A stretch of 42,394 bases of DNA from Octopus sinensis. Lineage: Eukaryota. Location: the NCBI RefSeq assembly GCF_006345805.1, contig NW_021836848.1, positions 1 to 42,394 of the forward strand, written 5' to 3'. The position numbers and the translations under genes are program-made. Numbering within the stretch: the stretch's first letter is position 1; each line of letters begins with the position of its first letter. Of the stretch, positions 1-13,585 are shown one piece after another. The notes under the pieces are model-generated. The model searched no databases. It saw only the letters and a list, made by a program, of their open reading frames with translations, and was not told the origin of the DNA.

Positions 1-498
1 AATTAATTTATCGACCTCGAAAAGATGAAAGGCAATGTCCCCCTCAGCGGAATTTAAATTTAGAACTTAGTAACAGGCTAAATACCTATTTCTTTACTAC
101 CCACAAGGGGCTAAACACAGAGAGGACAAACAAGGACAGACAAACGGATTAAGTCGATTATATCGACACCAATGCGTAACTGGTACTTGTTTAATCGACT
201 CTGAAAAGATGAAAGGCAAAGTCGACCTCGGCGGAATTTGGACTGAGAAAGTAGCGACAGGCGAAATACCTATTTCTTTACTACCCACAAGGGGCTAAAC
301 ACAGAAGGGACAAACAAGGACAGACATAGGTATTAAGTCGATTACATCGACCCCAGTGTGTAACTGGTACTTAATTTATCGACCCCAAAAGGATGAAAGG
401 CAAAGTCGACCTCGGGGGAATTTGAACTCAGAACGTAGCGGCAGACGAAATACCGCTAAGCATTTGGTTCAGCGTGCTAACGATTCTGCCAGCTCACC
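1..498 (-). mobile_element. tRNA-derived SINE with tandemly reiterated ~183 bp internal units (octopus-type)
   Basis: Unit starting tactacccacaaggggctaaacacag recurs at 97 and 280, with a partial unit from 1. SINE head at ~452-498 (reverse complement ggtgagctggcagaatcgttagcacg). B-box-like gagttcaaattcc on the minus strand. Same family at 18930-19480 and 38225-38310. Confidence 0.85.
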
Positions 499-689
499 CC
501 CTGAATGATGATAATATTAATAATAATAGTGGTAAGTACTGCTGTTATTACTACTACAACTACCGTGACTACCATTAACAACAATAATAAACGTGACTGT
601 AATATATGCTTCATTCCAAATCTGTATTTTCTTTATCACTTTGCTGGTTTGTCCCTCTCTCTAATGCAGTGCCGCTGCGATTTTAACTG

Positions 690-1020
690 TGATGTTTTAT
701 TCCACATATTTTATTTTTGTGCTCTATTCTTTGCATCTAATATTCCATCATCTGCTATTCTTGAATTCTTCCCTTTGTATTTTTTTCAACATCTCTTCCC
801 ATTTCTTTTTCCCTTTTCTTTATTTTTCCTTTTCGTTATTTTTCCATTTCTTTATTTTCCCTTTTCCCTTTTCTCTTTCTTCTTTTTTCTATTTCTATTT
901 ATTCTATTTTTCTTTTACTGTTTCTTTTTCTTTCTTTCACACCCTTTTCGCTTTCACTTCTTTCTCATTTTCCTTTTCTTTCTGTCCAGTTTCTCTTCTC
1001 CCGTTATCAATTCTTTCCTC
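690..1020. repeat. T/C-rich low-complexity tract
   Basis: Degenerate (ttttc)n. The Phe-rich ORFs over it are compositional artefacts. Confidence 0.85.
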
Positions 1021-1149
1021 ATTATCACACCCCGTGATTAAAAAAATATATATAAATGCGAAAACCTCATTAATCTTCCTTTCGTAGCTTCTCTGAATAT
1101 CCTGTGCACCTACGTATAAAGCCTCCCTACCATTTGTAGCCGGTAGAGC

Positions 1150-2700
1150 ACTCGACATGTTCGGAAACTATTTGGCCAAAATGATGGAGTACATGCAATT
1201 GTGCAATGATTGAAAATGTCCAGAATCACTTCTGTTCAATAATATTGAAAGCACATCCAATGAAGAAACCAGCCACAGTACTTATTACAAGATTAACGAC
1301 GAGGGTCAAGGTTTAGTATCACAACTGGGCATAACAGGCTGAGCTGAATGTCTGAAACGACATTAACATTAACGTCTGCTAAAAGACCTCAAAGACAACT
1401 TCATCAGTAGCCTGAAGTGTAGATTCATTGAACGTATGAATTGTGAATTGGGATAGATCAGCAAAAGGAACCTCGACAGTATCAATGCCAAAATCAGAAC
1501 GTCCGCTGAACATAATGGAACTGTAGCCACATCATTCAGTTGTTCAATAACAAAGAGGATAAACACAGTCATGAGTTTATGCAGCTTGTACAGTTTTACT
1601 CATCCATATCCCGAAAGCTTCTGCTCCGAGCGTTTGAATTCGATAAAATGTTTACTTCAATCTCGGAAATAGACATCAATGTTATTCTTAAAGCCGCGAA
1701 TCACAGTTATTACACGATAACTCATTTGAGTGAAGAAGCAAGGAGACGAGATTTTGGATACCCCATGGACAGCTTTGATTGCGCTGAAAGTGCAGATCTT
1801 GTTAAACTGTTGTAGCTGAGAATGCTTAGGGATAAATTAGCAAGCGTTCACCTCGGACTGTATCGTATATAGACAATCTTTGATACAGTAACACAAAAAT
1901 CATTAATAAGTATTTTCAAAAATTTCGAACTCAAGACAAGTCATGACTAATCCGATGATGTTGATATTTCTACATCTGACTCTTGATCTAAGCAATGGCT
2001 TAAACCGACCATATCATAATCCAAGTAAAGATGACATCTACATCAACAAAGGCTAAAACTCGGCATATGGTTGACAATACCAGAAAATATATTTCCAATA
2101 TTCTAATAGGGAAATATTCAACAGAGCCGCCCCATACTACCAAAACTTCCATTAAACAATGTGGCTCCATCAACAAAATAAAATACTATCCCCAACAAGA
2201 AATTGAAGCACAAAGACAAAAATGTAATACGGTGTAACCCTCTCTACATCATCAACATGTCAAGCAATCTTGCCAGACGTTTTCTCTTTCGTATAAGAAA
2301 GCTCTTTCTCAGTAAGCAAAGACACCACAAATATTCAATAAGAGCATGGTGTACGCTAGCTGCAGCTGCCTTGGTAATAGAGAATCACACATACTAAACT
2401 ACGATACGAGAACTACTCCTACAAACAATTAAAATCCGATTCCACAAGGTTGTAATTGTTGAAAATGGTCGCAATGACCACTCTATTATAAGGGTTTCTA
2501 TATCGGTTTCTAAGTATATCTGGTAACTAAGTGATAATGATTACCACTAAGGAGCATTCTAGCTAATGCAAGTTCCGATAATGGAATGAATACAAGATGA
2601 AATATGTACGTAAGGAAAAAGCGGAATATCGTGTTTGCAATTAATATCCTAAAATCAAGAGAGGAGATACGTTCACTCTACCTACAAGCGGAGACTTTCA
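1150..2700 (+). mobile_element. Degenerate Penelope-like retroelement (RT plus GIY-YIG endonuclease remnants)
   Basis: Peptide fragments match Penelope-like consensus motifs from memory: DINVILKAAN...DFGYPMDSFDCAESADLV (cf. FDVPMGSFDGAEVCELV), NREIFNRA, NPLYIINMSSNLARRFLF (cf. WFNPPFSKNVSTNIGRTFL) and SKYIW*LSDN (cf. LSKYIWELKD). Many stops and frameshifts. Confidence 0.75.
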
Positions 2701-3259
2701 GTCTACAATTATTTAAACATATCCCTCCCCTATACGAATTCCATCTACGTACATGTATAGCAATATCTGCTATAAATCTCTATTTTTACTATGTCTGCTG
2801 GTTACCTGTATCGTCAGATAAGTTCAATACCTTTATTGGCATTACTCTCACCCTTATAAAATTTCAATCCCTTTGTTTGTTCTGCTCATCTTCCTCACTT
2901 ATTTTTCTTTTACTTATTTGACTTATATTTCACTCACATTTCCTATCATATTTAGCTTTTTTAGTCTTTAAATCCGTTTCGTTTTTCTACTTTCCCCTGT
3001 TTTTCTTGTTCTTTTTCATGCGGTTTGTTTTAAGGCTTATTGCTGGGCTATGGGCATCCAGCTCTGACAGCATAATCTATATGGTCAGTGGCTTCGGCGG
3101 TAAGTGCAATGTCATCTTCAAATGAAAGGTGTATTAATAATAGCCGTTGATTTTCATGCCACCTATCCAGTCAATGTCTCTGATGAGTATTTATAGACAT
3201 TCGGTGTTGAGCTTAGGAGAGATGGTATCGCCTTGTTTGTGACTCTTTTAATTCGGAAA

Positions 3260-3745
3260 TTTTATTATTAGCATAGCAGCGCTATATCAGTGTTGTATCC
3301 AGAGCTTACATCCCTTTGGAGTTTGGTGTATTGCGACACCTTGTATTTCCTGAGATTTCAGCACTGCCTTCAACACGATGTTACGGAAGGTCTCTCGTTG
3401 TCGACAAATGTGACTCACAGTCGCAGTTTGTATTGTTTCGCTCTGTTAGAAGTGAATTTGTGATCCATCGTAGTGTAGTATTTGCGGAAAATTTACTTGG
3501 AGTTGCGGGTGATGGCCACCAAGATATATCGATAGTCTGGTGTATATAACCTTTGTAACAGCTTGCAGAGCGGGTGAAATTGTGTTAGGTGTTCTTTATC
3601 CCACTTCTCATGAATCCAGATGATATTCAACACTTTCTTCGGTGAGAGTATTTTATCTTCCTTCAGAAAGCGATTGAAGCGTACTTCCACAGATCTTCGC
3701 TACACCTTAGCATCTCTGTTGCTATTCCACACTTTCTGGAGCTAT
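3260..3745 (-). mobile_element. Decayed LINE C-terminal fragment, probably RTE clade
   Basis: Minus translation KKVLNIIWIHEKWDKEH...KLLQRLYTPDYRYILVAITRNSK*IFRKYYTTMDHKFT resembles the post-RT region of RTE LINEs (FGHxxRMD). Contains in-frame stops. Confidence 0.45.
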
Positions 3746-4169
3746 TTTTCCTTTCATCAGCTTGCGACCATTTTCAGTTTCACTGACCAGAATATATACA
3801 TTGCGAAGTTTATTATAACAGATATATGCACACACACACAAACACATACGCGCGCGCACACACACTTAGACGTATTTATACCTACATATAGAGACAGAAA
3901 AAGAGACATATAAAATGAGAAAGAGAGTGAGAGAGGGAGAGAAAGAGAGGATAGGTAGAAAACTTCCTCTGACAAGAGAATATATTGGATATTTGCAACA
4001 CAGCAAAAGCCACTGAAGTCATTCAAATACTACGTGGCGGTAGTTTATGTCTGATGATGTATATTCACATTCAGCTACATTTATCCACGCCCAAGGTAAT
4101 GTAAACTCATGTGTTCCTATATGTGTATGTGTGAGTTTGTGTATGAATATGAGTAGTGTTTATAGTTAT

Positions 4170-5193
4170 TGTTACGGAGGTAAAATTAACGGGAAAACAT
4201 TATGCCCTAGTTCCGTTGGTTGGAGTTGAACCGGCGCTCCAGTTGTTCAGGACTACGGGAAAAAAAATAAAAAATTTAAAAAATAATCTTTTGTCCTGTC
4301 AACGGCAACGGTAAAAAAAATAATGAGTTTAGAAAGCGATCTCTGATCCCAACGGTCAGGGAAAGTTGAAAAAGAAATAATAATTCCACCCTTTTAAATG
4401 CGACGGACTGGTGTTAGCGCGGCAGACAGCGAGAGGCCGGAAAAAGGTTCAGTTGGCAAGAGGCGGCCAGTTGATGCAGCCAGCCAGCCAGGAGATAATA
4501 GTGGCAAGAGGCGAGGAAGACAGGCAGTGAATGTGATAGCGGCGAGCGGGAGGAAGTAAAGATGACAGTGAAGGGACAGGTACGAGAGACGGTTAGCAGG
4601 AACTGAAAATTTGTAGTAGGCTCAGAAAGTGTTGCAGACGGAATTTGGGTCGGTATTGTTTATTTACGTTTTGATTTGTGTTTTGAACTTTGATGTTTTG
4701 ATTGTAAAAATATGGGGACTCTGTGACATAATCTGTTGAAAAGAAAATTAAGAAAAAAAGACTGTAAAAAGAAGAAAAGAGAAAGAGACTCTAAACTGTA
4801 AAAAAAAAAAGAGAAAGACTATTTGTTTCGATTGTTTTCCAAATTCTGTAATTGTTTTGGTTAATCGAACAGTTGTATTACGTTTAAATGCCATTGATTG
4901 TTTTGATTTTTTAAACTCTGTGCACGATCTGTTAAATGACTGTTAACCTCGTAGTTAAATGCTTCTGTTTGAAATGTTTTGATTGATTTAGTGAAGTTAT
5001 ATAAATTGTTAAATGTAAGCAACTGCCTCCGCTGTCTCTCTCCTTTTGTTGTTGTTGTCTTCGGTTTTTTGTTTTCTGTGGTGGACTTCCGTTTGACTGA
5101 GCGTAGTCGTCGTCGCCGACTTAGGGCCCGTTATCGACTCGGAAGGCCTAGCGTCATAGGGTCCTGAGTTGAGTAGAGCGGCACGTCGTATCA
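4170..5193. mobile_element. Possible solo LTR or unclassified ~1 kb repeat
   Basis: Begins TGTTACG and ends CGTATCA (6/7 inverted match, TG...CA). GC- and purine-rich interior contrasts with the flanks. No clean target-site duplication (ttat vs atat). Confidence 0.35.
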
Positions 5194-6099
5194 ATATTTT
5201 AAATTTCAGTTAAACAAACACGAATGTTTAAAAAATTATTAAGACACTATACTTTAATACATTTTCGACATGATGGGAATATAATAGTTAACATTATTGA
5301 AAGAGATGAATCTGTTATTAATGTTATGCTAATGTTAGTAACAGAAGAGACAGTATAAGCTGAAAGTAATGATTTGTAAGCTAAAGATGCGAGCAATATT
5401 CCACTGTGGGTCTTAGTTGAGTACTATAGGGTGTTAACAATTCGTCAGAGTTAACTAAATTCCTGGCTCTAAAGGGGAAACCAAATCTATACGAAAAGGT
5501 TTAGACGTGTTTCTTCAGTTTCAACAGCGATTCTTGGACCCCGTATTTGTAACAACGTTCAAGGTTTTAGGTTTGTGTTGTTGGTGTTTAGAAAGTACGT
5601 AGTACAGGGTTGCATTCGTGGTATGCATAGTGAATTAGTTTTATGCCATTGAAAGTAACAAGGTTGATTGACTCTATGTAAAGATTCTCTCGAACTCTCT
5701 ATCAAGTTACTCAATGTATGTTCGGCTTGTGTTAAGCTAATTCCATTCTTTTTTATTGTATATTGATAATATTTTAATTAAGGCTAATTATATATGATTA
5801 TTTGATTTCACCATTGGGAACAAACTCAGTCACTTTTAGTTTTTACCATATATCCTTCAAAGTCCGTACAGTAGAAGATTCTATTTTCGTGCTACTCTCC
5901 GTCAAGGATTAATCTAATTGACAAGCTTAATAAGGGCATTTGTATTAGACGGTCGATTAGTATAATGGTATTATGACTTTTTTGACTCCATTAGACCTGG
6001 CTGCTCTAAATAACGCCTTTTGATTCCCTCTCCCTCTTTATTTAAATATATATACACGAACAGATATAGACACGTACATGCATACATACATACATGCAT

Positions 6100-6460
<361 letters not shown>

Positions 6461-7099
6461 TACATACGTGCATCCACACACACACATATATATATGTGTG
6501 TGTGGTGAACAATCTCAACTAAAGCAGTATGAATGTAAAAATATGAACTCTGAGTACATGCATTCGTATATATAAATAAATAAATATATATATATATATG
6601 TATACAGTATATCTATAACTATAAAAGATATATATTTGTAAAAGAGTGTGTGTGTGTGTTTTCCTTATGCATTTGAAAACGGCGTTGCCGAGTTTGAGGT
6701 ATGTGGTATCAAAAGATTCAGTAATCCTTTGGCTACCAAATAAGCTTTATTTTCATTTACATATTTTCTACATTATCTCAGTAACCAGCTATAGTTTTAC
6801 ACTTTCAATTTGAACCAAAATTACTAAGTCAATAATAAATGTTTCTCTGAATTTGTCACATCTGTACTATAATAAAGAACGCTGCTTGTCATCTATATGT
6901 ATATAAGGGCTACCAAATAAACTATATTTTTGGATCAACAACTCTTTTTTACTACTAAAACAACCTCGGAAACGTGCAAAAAGGTGTATGCATATGTATT
7001 TATATACGTGTATATGAAAGATAATGCCTGTGTGTAGAGAGAGTGAGTGCCACTTACGCATACATGCAAAAAATATATAGATATCAACACACAACTTCA

Positions 7100-7135
<36 letters not shown>

Positions 7136-7359
7136 AACACACACACATTTATGTCTATTTCATATACACGTACATGCATTTTTCACTTTCTCTTCTCTTT
7201 CATTTTCTGCTCTCACTTCAAACAAATGTTGCTTTTTCACTTTCTGGCCTCTTACAGTTTCTGCTCTCTTCAAAGCATAAAGAAATAACTTTTTTACGGA
7301 TGTTCATGATCCCATAAGAGCGAATTGACAACTTATATACACATTTACACACACACACA

Positions 7360-7484
<125 letters not shown>

Positions 7485-8347
7485 ACTCTCTATGTAAAAT
7501 TTCTGTACGAATTATATTATTTGTTGCTGGGAGCACACGCAAAATTACAGCTCAAATTCAATTGCAATGACCTTATTTGTATTCTGTAATTTGCTTGTTT
7601 TGAGCGTATTTAAAAAAAACCTATCTTCGATATTAAAGGAAGTTTACTCAGAAATCCTCTCCTTTACCTGTTCTTACTAGCAGTCCAAGGTGATATTTGC
7701 ACCACCCCCCTACTCCTTATTTTTTTTTCGAAATTTCTTTCGATTCCTATGTTTTCGATGTAGGAGATTAAGATTTGTGCCTAGCATGTCGGGTTTTCTG
7801 GTAGTGATCTGATATTTTTTATATCTGCTATATCAGTATAATTCTACGCATGCGTGAAACATCACATGAAAGTGAAACATTGGGAGAGTTTAGCTTTTTG
7901 AGGTGGGGGTAGGGGAATTCAGTGTTTCTTTAAGAAAATTTAACTTTAAAAAATAATATATATTTCCCAGATTCGTGATCTCAATGTTTTTCTACGAGGA
8001 TAAAAAAAAATGAAAAAAGTTACAAATTAAGAAATTGCGGTGGGGACCAGGCAGGGAGACGATATTTTGAAAACGTTATCTCTGGCTAAAATCGTATTAA
8101 GCCCCTTTATATGATGGAACAATACATAGTTTGTGATTCTTCTTAAGAACAGAAAGCACTCTCCTGCACCCCATGCAAATTGTATCCTCCTCACTTCACT
8201 TTTAAACAATCTTTAACTTCATTACGCCATTCATCCACTTCACTATATATCAGCTGTGCCGATTCTGCCCATAAGGAAGAAACAAATAATACGATGTGAC
8301 TGTAGGCCATAACACCCAGGCAATGTCGGGGTGCATTGTTAGTATAC

Positions 8348-8451
8348 GATTATTTCCCATTCGATTACATATTATCAGTTGGGATATCGTGTATGGTTTA
8401 TCAAACATCACTTGCCTATATGGAACTGTTTCCCAGTCAGTACTTGCACAT
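8348..8451 (-). pseudogene. 5'-truncated copy of the F-type lectin exon
   Basis: Encodes CASTDWETVPYRQVMFDKPYTISQLIICNRMGNN versus CANTDWEKDPYWEVMFDKPYTIYQLRIYNRMGIY in the intact exon, ~90% nucleotide identity by hand alignment. Donor reads GTATAC instead of GTAAGT. No in-frame acceptor found upstream. Confidence 0.8.
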
Positions 8452-8582
8452 ATACACGCCCGCACGCGCCCGCACAGACACAGACACACATATAAAAAGT
8501 ATACATACCATATATATATATATATTATATATATATATATATACACACACAATTACACTTTTATATACAAATGTACATATAA

Positions 8583-8946
8583 TTACCTCCGCCAAGGAAG
8601 GAGGTTATATTTTCATTGGCGTTCATTTGTCCGTCTGTCCGTCTGTGTGCAAAATAACTCAGAAAGTTTTGAACGGTATTTGATGAAACTTGCAGGAAAA
8701 GATGGTAATGAGAAGGAAAAGAAAGTAATGACACAAAGATGGTAATGATGATTAAACTTTGGTAGTGATCCGGCATTTTTTATGGATTCTTGAAGGATTT
8801 TTCATTTGTTATATTTACTTTATATGAAGTATTGCAATGTTACGTTCTTTGATTATCTCCAAACTTTCCAAAGTTTATTTTCTTTCTCTATTAGTTATTT
8901 TACTGGCGCATCTATCTTAAAATGAGCTGCTTGGTGGAGGTCTGCG
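8583..8946 (+). mobile_element. Helentron/DINE-1-like non-autonomous element (copy 1)
   Basis: 5' subterminal repeat cctccgccaag with a cctcc...ggagg hairpin, (ctgtccgt) microrepeat, and inverted 3' subterminal repeat cttggtggagg at 8930-8940. Confidence 0.7.
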
Positions 8947-8954
8947 GATGATCA

Positions 8955-9400
8955 CATGACAAGCCTTGACGATTGGGATCGACTCAAAAACCTCAGGCTT
9001 TGCTCCCTCCACCGCCACTGTGAGTTCTATATCATGTGTATGATGTGGAAAATATTCCATCCACATTGCCAATCTTTAAAATTTGTGACATCCGTCCACT
9101 ACAGAAATGTTCGTGTCCTATCACAACACTATTTTACCTCAATTGGCCCTGGTCTCTTCAACATCATGCCAGACACACATAAAGGCGGAAACTGACTTCA
9201 CGGCATTCAAACGATCCCTAGATGATTACCCTCAACAAATACCAGATAAACAACCCACACCCAGATATGTCTCTGTAAAAAATAACCTCTCTTTGAATGG
9301 GCTACGGTTCCCCAGAGCTGACCGTATCTCTACTAGGTGGTTCTATTAACTTAGACATGGCCTGAGTCAACATCGACCGAAACTTATCTAAGTAATCTAA
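8955..9400 (+). mobile_element. CR1/L2-type LINE 3' fragment (copy 1)
   Basis: LDDWDRLKNLRLCSLHRHCEFYIMCMMWKI matches LDYWERLKKLKLYSLQRRRERY...WKI. Ends in a ctaagta-type tail. Confidence 0.75.
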
Positions 9401-9699
9401 TCTATGCTGTAACATTTTAATCAAAGGGTAGAGGCTGATATCTTAACATTTCTGATGATCTTAAGTATAAAACAAAATTATTAAATATTTATATAGAACT
9501 ACATTCAGAGTATGTCTATAAGCTATTGTGTTTAGACCTGGTTTCTATCCGCAAACTGTTCCGTTTTGTAGATGCAATTTAAAAGTTTTTTTATAATAAA
9601 GCATTCCGAAATTAGAAAAATCAAACATCTGCAACAATCTCGGTCCCATGAGTATCGGATAATGGAATTTCCACTGTGTAAAGAAACTGATTGTGATGA

Positions 9700-10095
9700 T
9701 CGAAGTTTTGACGGTGATTGTGGTGAAAGCAGAGACAGTGTTGATGATGACGATGATCGAGATAAATATCGGAGGAGGATAAAATAGTATCGGTGTTTAT
9801 AATGGCGACAGGAGCGGTGTTATGTGTGACGCTGAGATGATGGTGGTAATAGTGGTGTTGATGATAGTGTTAGTTGCGTAATGGTGGTATTGTAGTGGTT
9901 ATACTGGTTGTGGTGGTGAAATTGACTGTCAAGGTAATCGTCATGATAACGTTGATGGCGGTGTATGCGGTTGAAGTGGAAGCAATGACAATGCTGTTGT
10001 TGATGTTGGTGATAGAGGTAGGATAGTTGTGGTGGTGATTGTGATATGGTGGTAGTGGTGGTCGTCGTCGTCAACGTTGACGTCGTAGTGCTGCT
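9700..10095. repeat. Degenerate (GAT/GGT/GTT)n low-complexity tract; duplicate at ~13880-14275
   Basis: Direct inspection. Source of the poly-T/H/V ORFs. Confidence 0.85.
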
Positions 10096-11278
10096 CCTGA
10101 TGGTTTGGCGAAGATCTGCTCTCTCCGAGTGCTTTTCTAGTTATGCATGTGTATGTGCGCGTGTGCACCTGTGTGCATACACATGTAGTTATACACAAAT
10201 GCATGAACATTTCTTTTTAAATATGAATACATTATATTCAACTCTGGCTGCTATAATACTGTATTACAAACAATCGGTTTAATGATGGCGCGACCATAAA
10301 AATAGATACGAAAGCCACCAAAATCCTTACACTCTAAAGTGAAGTATTGCACTAGCAATTAGAGGAGTTACAGACCGAAAGGAAATTTTGTTGGCGAGGT
10401 CATAGCCGCCATATTATTAAAACAATACAACGTTTTCATCAATCACACGTTGGTCCCTTCTGATGTTCAAAGTAAAGAGAAAACAAAACTCATTTCCATT
10501 ATCAAAAACAAATCAAATTTCATCAACAATAATAATATTCTTTTAACTTGCTATATAATATATATATATACATATATATATACATATATATACATATATA
10601 TATACATACATATATATATATATATACATATATATAAATACATACGTGCATCCACACACACACATATATATATGTGTGTGTGGTGAACAATCTCAACTAA
10701 AGCAGTATGAATGTAAAAATATGAACTCTGAGTACATGCATTCGTATATATAAATAAATAAATATATATATATATATGTATACAGTATATCTATAACTAT
10801 AAAAGATATATATTTGTAAAAGAGTGTGTGTGTGTGTTTTCCTTATGCATTTGAAAACGGCGTTGCCGAGTTTGAGGTATGTGGTATCAAAAGATTCAGT
10901 AATCCTTTGGCTACCAAATAAGCTTTATTTTCATTTACATATTTTCTACATTATCTCAGTAACCAGCTATAGTTTTACACTTTCAATTTGAACCAAAATT
11001 ACTAAGTCAATAATAAATGTTTCTCTGAATTTGTCACATCTGTACTATAATAAAGAACGCTGCTTGTCATCTATATGTATATAAGGGCTACCAAATAAAC
11101 TATATTTTTGGATCAACAACTCTTTTTTACTACTAAAACAACCTCGGAAACGTGCAAAAAGGTGTATGCATATGTATTTATATACGTGTATATGAAAGAT
11201 AATGCCTGTGTGTAGAGAGAGTGAGTGCCACTTACGCATACATGCAAAAAATATATAGATATCAACACACAACTTCAC

Positions 11279-11341
<63 letters not shown>

Positions 11342-11539
11342 TTTATGTCTATTTCATATACACGTACATGCATTTTTCACTTCTCTTCTCTTTCATTTTC
11401 TGCTCTCACTTCAAACAAATGTTGCTTTTTCACTTTCTGGCCTCTTACAGTTTCTGCTCTCTTCAAAGCATAAAGAAATAACTTTTTTACGGATGTTCAT
11501 GATCCCATAAGAGCGAATTGACAACTTATATACACATTT

Positions 11540-11667
<128 letters not shown>

Positions 11668-12531
11668 ACTCTCTATGTAAAATTTCTGTGCGAATTATAT
11701 TATTTGTTGCTGGGAGCACACGCAAAATTACAGCTCAAATTCAATTGCAATGACCTTATTTGTATTCTGTAATTTGCTTGTTTTGAGCGTATTTAAAAAA
11801 AAACCTATCTTCGATATTAAAGGAAGTTTACTCAGAAATCCTCTCCTTTACCTGTTCTTACTAGCAGTCCAAGGTGATATTTGCACCACCCCCTACTCCT
11901 TATTTTTTTTTTCGAAATTTCTTTCGATTCCTATGTTTTCGATGTAGGAGATTAAGATTTGTGCCTAGCATGTCGGGTTTTCTGGTAGTGATCTGATATT
12001 TTTTATATCTGCTATATCAGTATAATTCTACGCATGCGTGAAACATCACATGAAAATGAAACATTGGGAGAGTTTAGCTTTTTGAGGTGGGGGTAGGGGA
12101 ATTCAGTGTTTCTTTAAGAAAATTTAACTTTAAAAAATAATATATATTTCCCAGATTCGTGATCTCAATGTTTTTCTACGAGGATAAAAAAAAATGAAAA
12201 AAGTTACAAATTAAGAAATTGCGGTGGGGACCAGGCAGGGAGACGATATTTTGAAAACGTTATCTCTGGCTAAAATCGTATTAAGCCCCTTTATATGATG
12301 GAACAATACATAGTTTGTGATTCTTCTTAAGAACAGAAAGCACTCTCCTGCACCCCATGCAAATTGTATCCTCCTCACTTCACTTTTAAACAATCTTTAA
12401 CTTCATTACGCCATTCATCCACTTCACTATATATCAGCTGTGCCGATTCTGCCCATAAGGAAGAAACAAATAATACGATGTGACTGTAGGCCATAACACC
12501 CAGGCAGTGTCGACGTGCATTGTTAGTATAC

Positions 12532-12635
12532 GATTATTTCCCATTCGATTACATATTATCAGTTGGGATATCGTGTATGGTTTATCAAACATCACTTGCC
12601 TATATGGAACTGTTTCCCAGTCAGTACTTGCACAT
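12532..12635 (-). pseudogene. Second 5'-truncated copy of the F-type lectin exon
   Basis: Same sequence as 8348-8451, duplicated with the unit. Confidence 0.8.
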
Positions 12636-12691
12636 ATACACGCCCGCACGCGCCCGCACAGACACAGACACACATATAAAAAGTATACATA

Positions 12692-12734
<43 letters not shown>

Positions 12735-12765
12735 ATTACACTTTTATATACAAATGTACATATAA

Positions 12766-13129
12766 TTACCTCCGCCAAGGAAGGAGGTTATATTTTCATT
12801 GGCGTTCATTTGTCCGTCTGTCCGTCTGTGTGCAAAATAACTCAGAAAGTTTTGAACAGTATTTGATGAAACTTGCAGGAAAAGATGGTAATGAGGAGGA
12901 AAAGAAAGTAATGACACAAAGATGGTAATGATGATTAAACTTTGGTAGTGATCCGGCATTTTTTATGGATTCTTGAAGGATTTTTCATTTGTTATATTTA
13001 CTTTATATGAAGTATTGCAATGTTACGTTCTTTGATTATCTCCAAACTTTCCAAAGTTTATTTTCTTTCTCTATTAGTTATTTTACTGGCGCATCTATCT
13101 TAAAATGAGCTGCTTGGCGGAGGTCTGCG
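12766..13129 (+). mobile_element. Helentron/DINE-1-like non-autonomous element (copy 2)
   Basis: Perfect 11 bp subterminal inverted repeats cctccgccaag (12769-12779) and cttggcggagg (13113-13123). Confidence 0.72.
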
Positions 13130-13137
13130 GATGATCA

Positions 13138-13585
13138 CATGACAAGCCTTGACGATTGGGATCGACTCAAAAAACTCAGGCTTTGCTCCCTCCACCGCCA
13201 CTGTGAGTTCTATATCATGTGTATGATGTGGAAAATATTCCATCCACATTGCCAATCTTTAAAATTCGTGACATCCGTCCACTACAGAAATGTTCGTGTC
13301 CTATCACAACACTATTTTACCTCAATTGGCCCTGGTCTCTTCAACATCATGCCAGACACACATAAAGGCGGAAAGTGACTTCACGGCATTCAAACGATCC
13401 CTAGATGATTACCCTCAACAAATACCAGATAAACAACCCACACCCAGATATGTCTCTGTAAAAAATAACCTCTCTTTGAATGGGCTACGGTTCCCCAGAG
13501 CTGACCGTATCTCTACTAGGTGGTTCTATTAACTTAGACATGGCCTGAGTCAACATCGACCGAAACTTATCTAAGTAATCTAATC
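13138..13585 (+). mobile_element. CR1/L2-type LINE 3' fragment (copy 2)
   Basis: Duplicate of 8955-9400. Confidence 0.75.

Noticed and set aside
97-460. Regular ~183 bp repeats with palindromes, considered as a CRISPR-like array
   Set aside because: The whole unit is conserved with no unique spacers, there are no cas genes, and the context is a eukaryotic SINE.
505-1087. 178 aa and 132 aa Phe-rich ORFs that look like membrane proteins
   Set aside because: T-rich low-complexity DNA with no protein-like composition.
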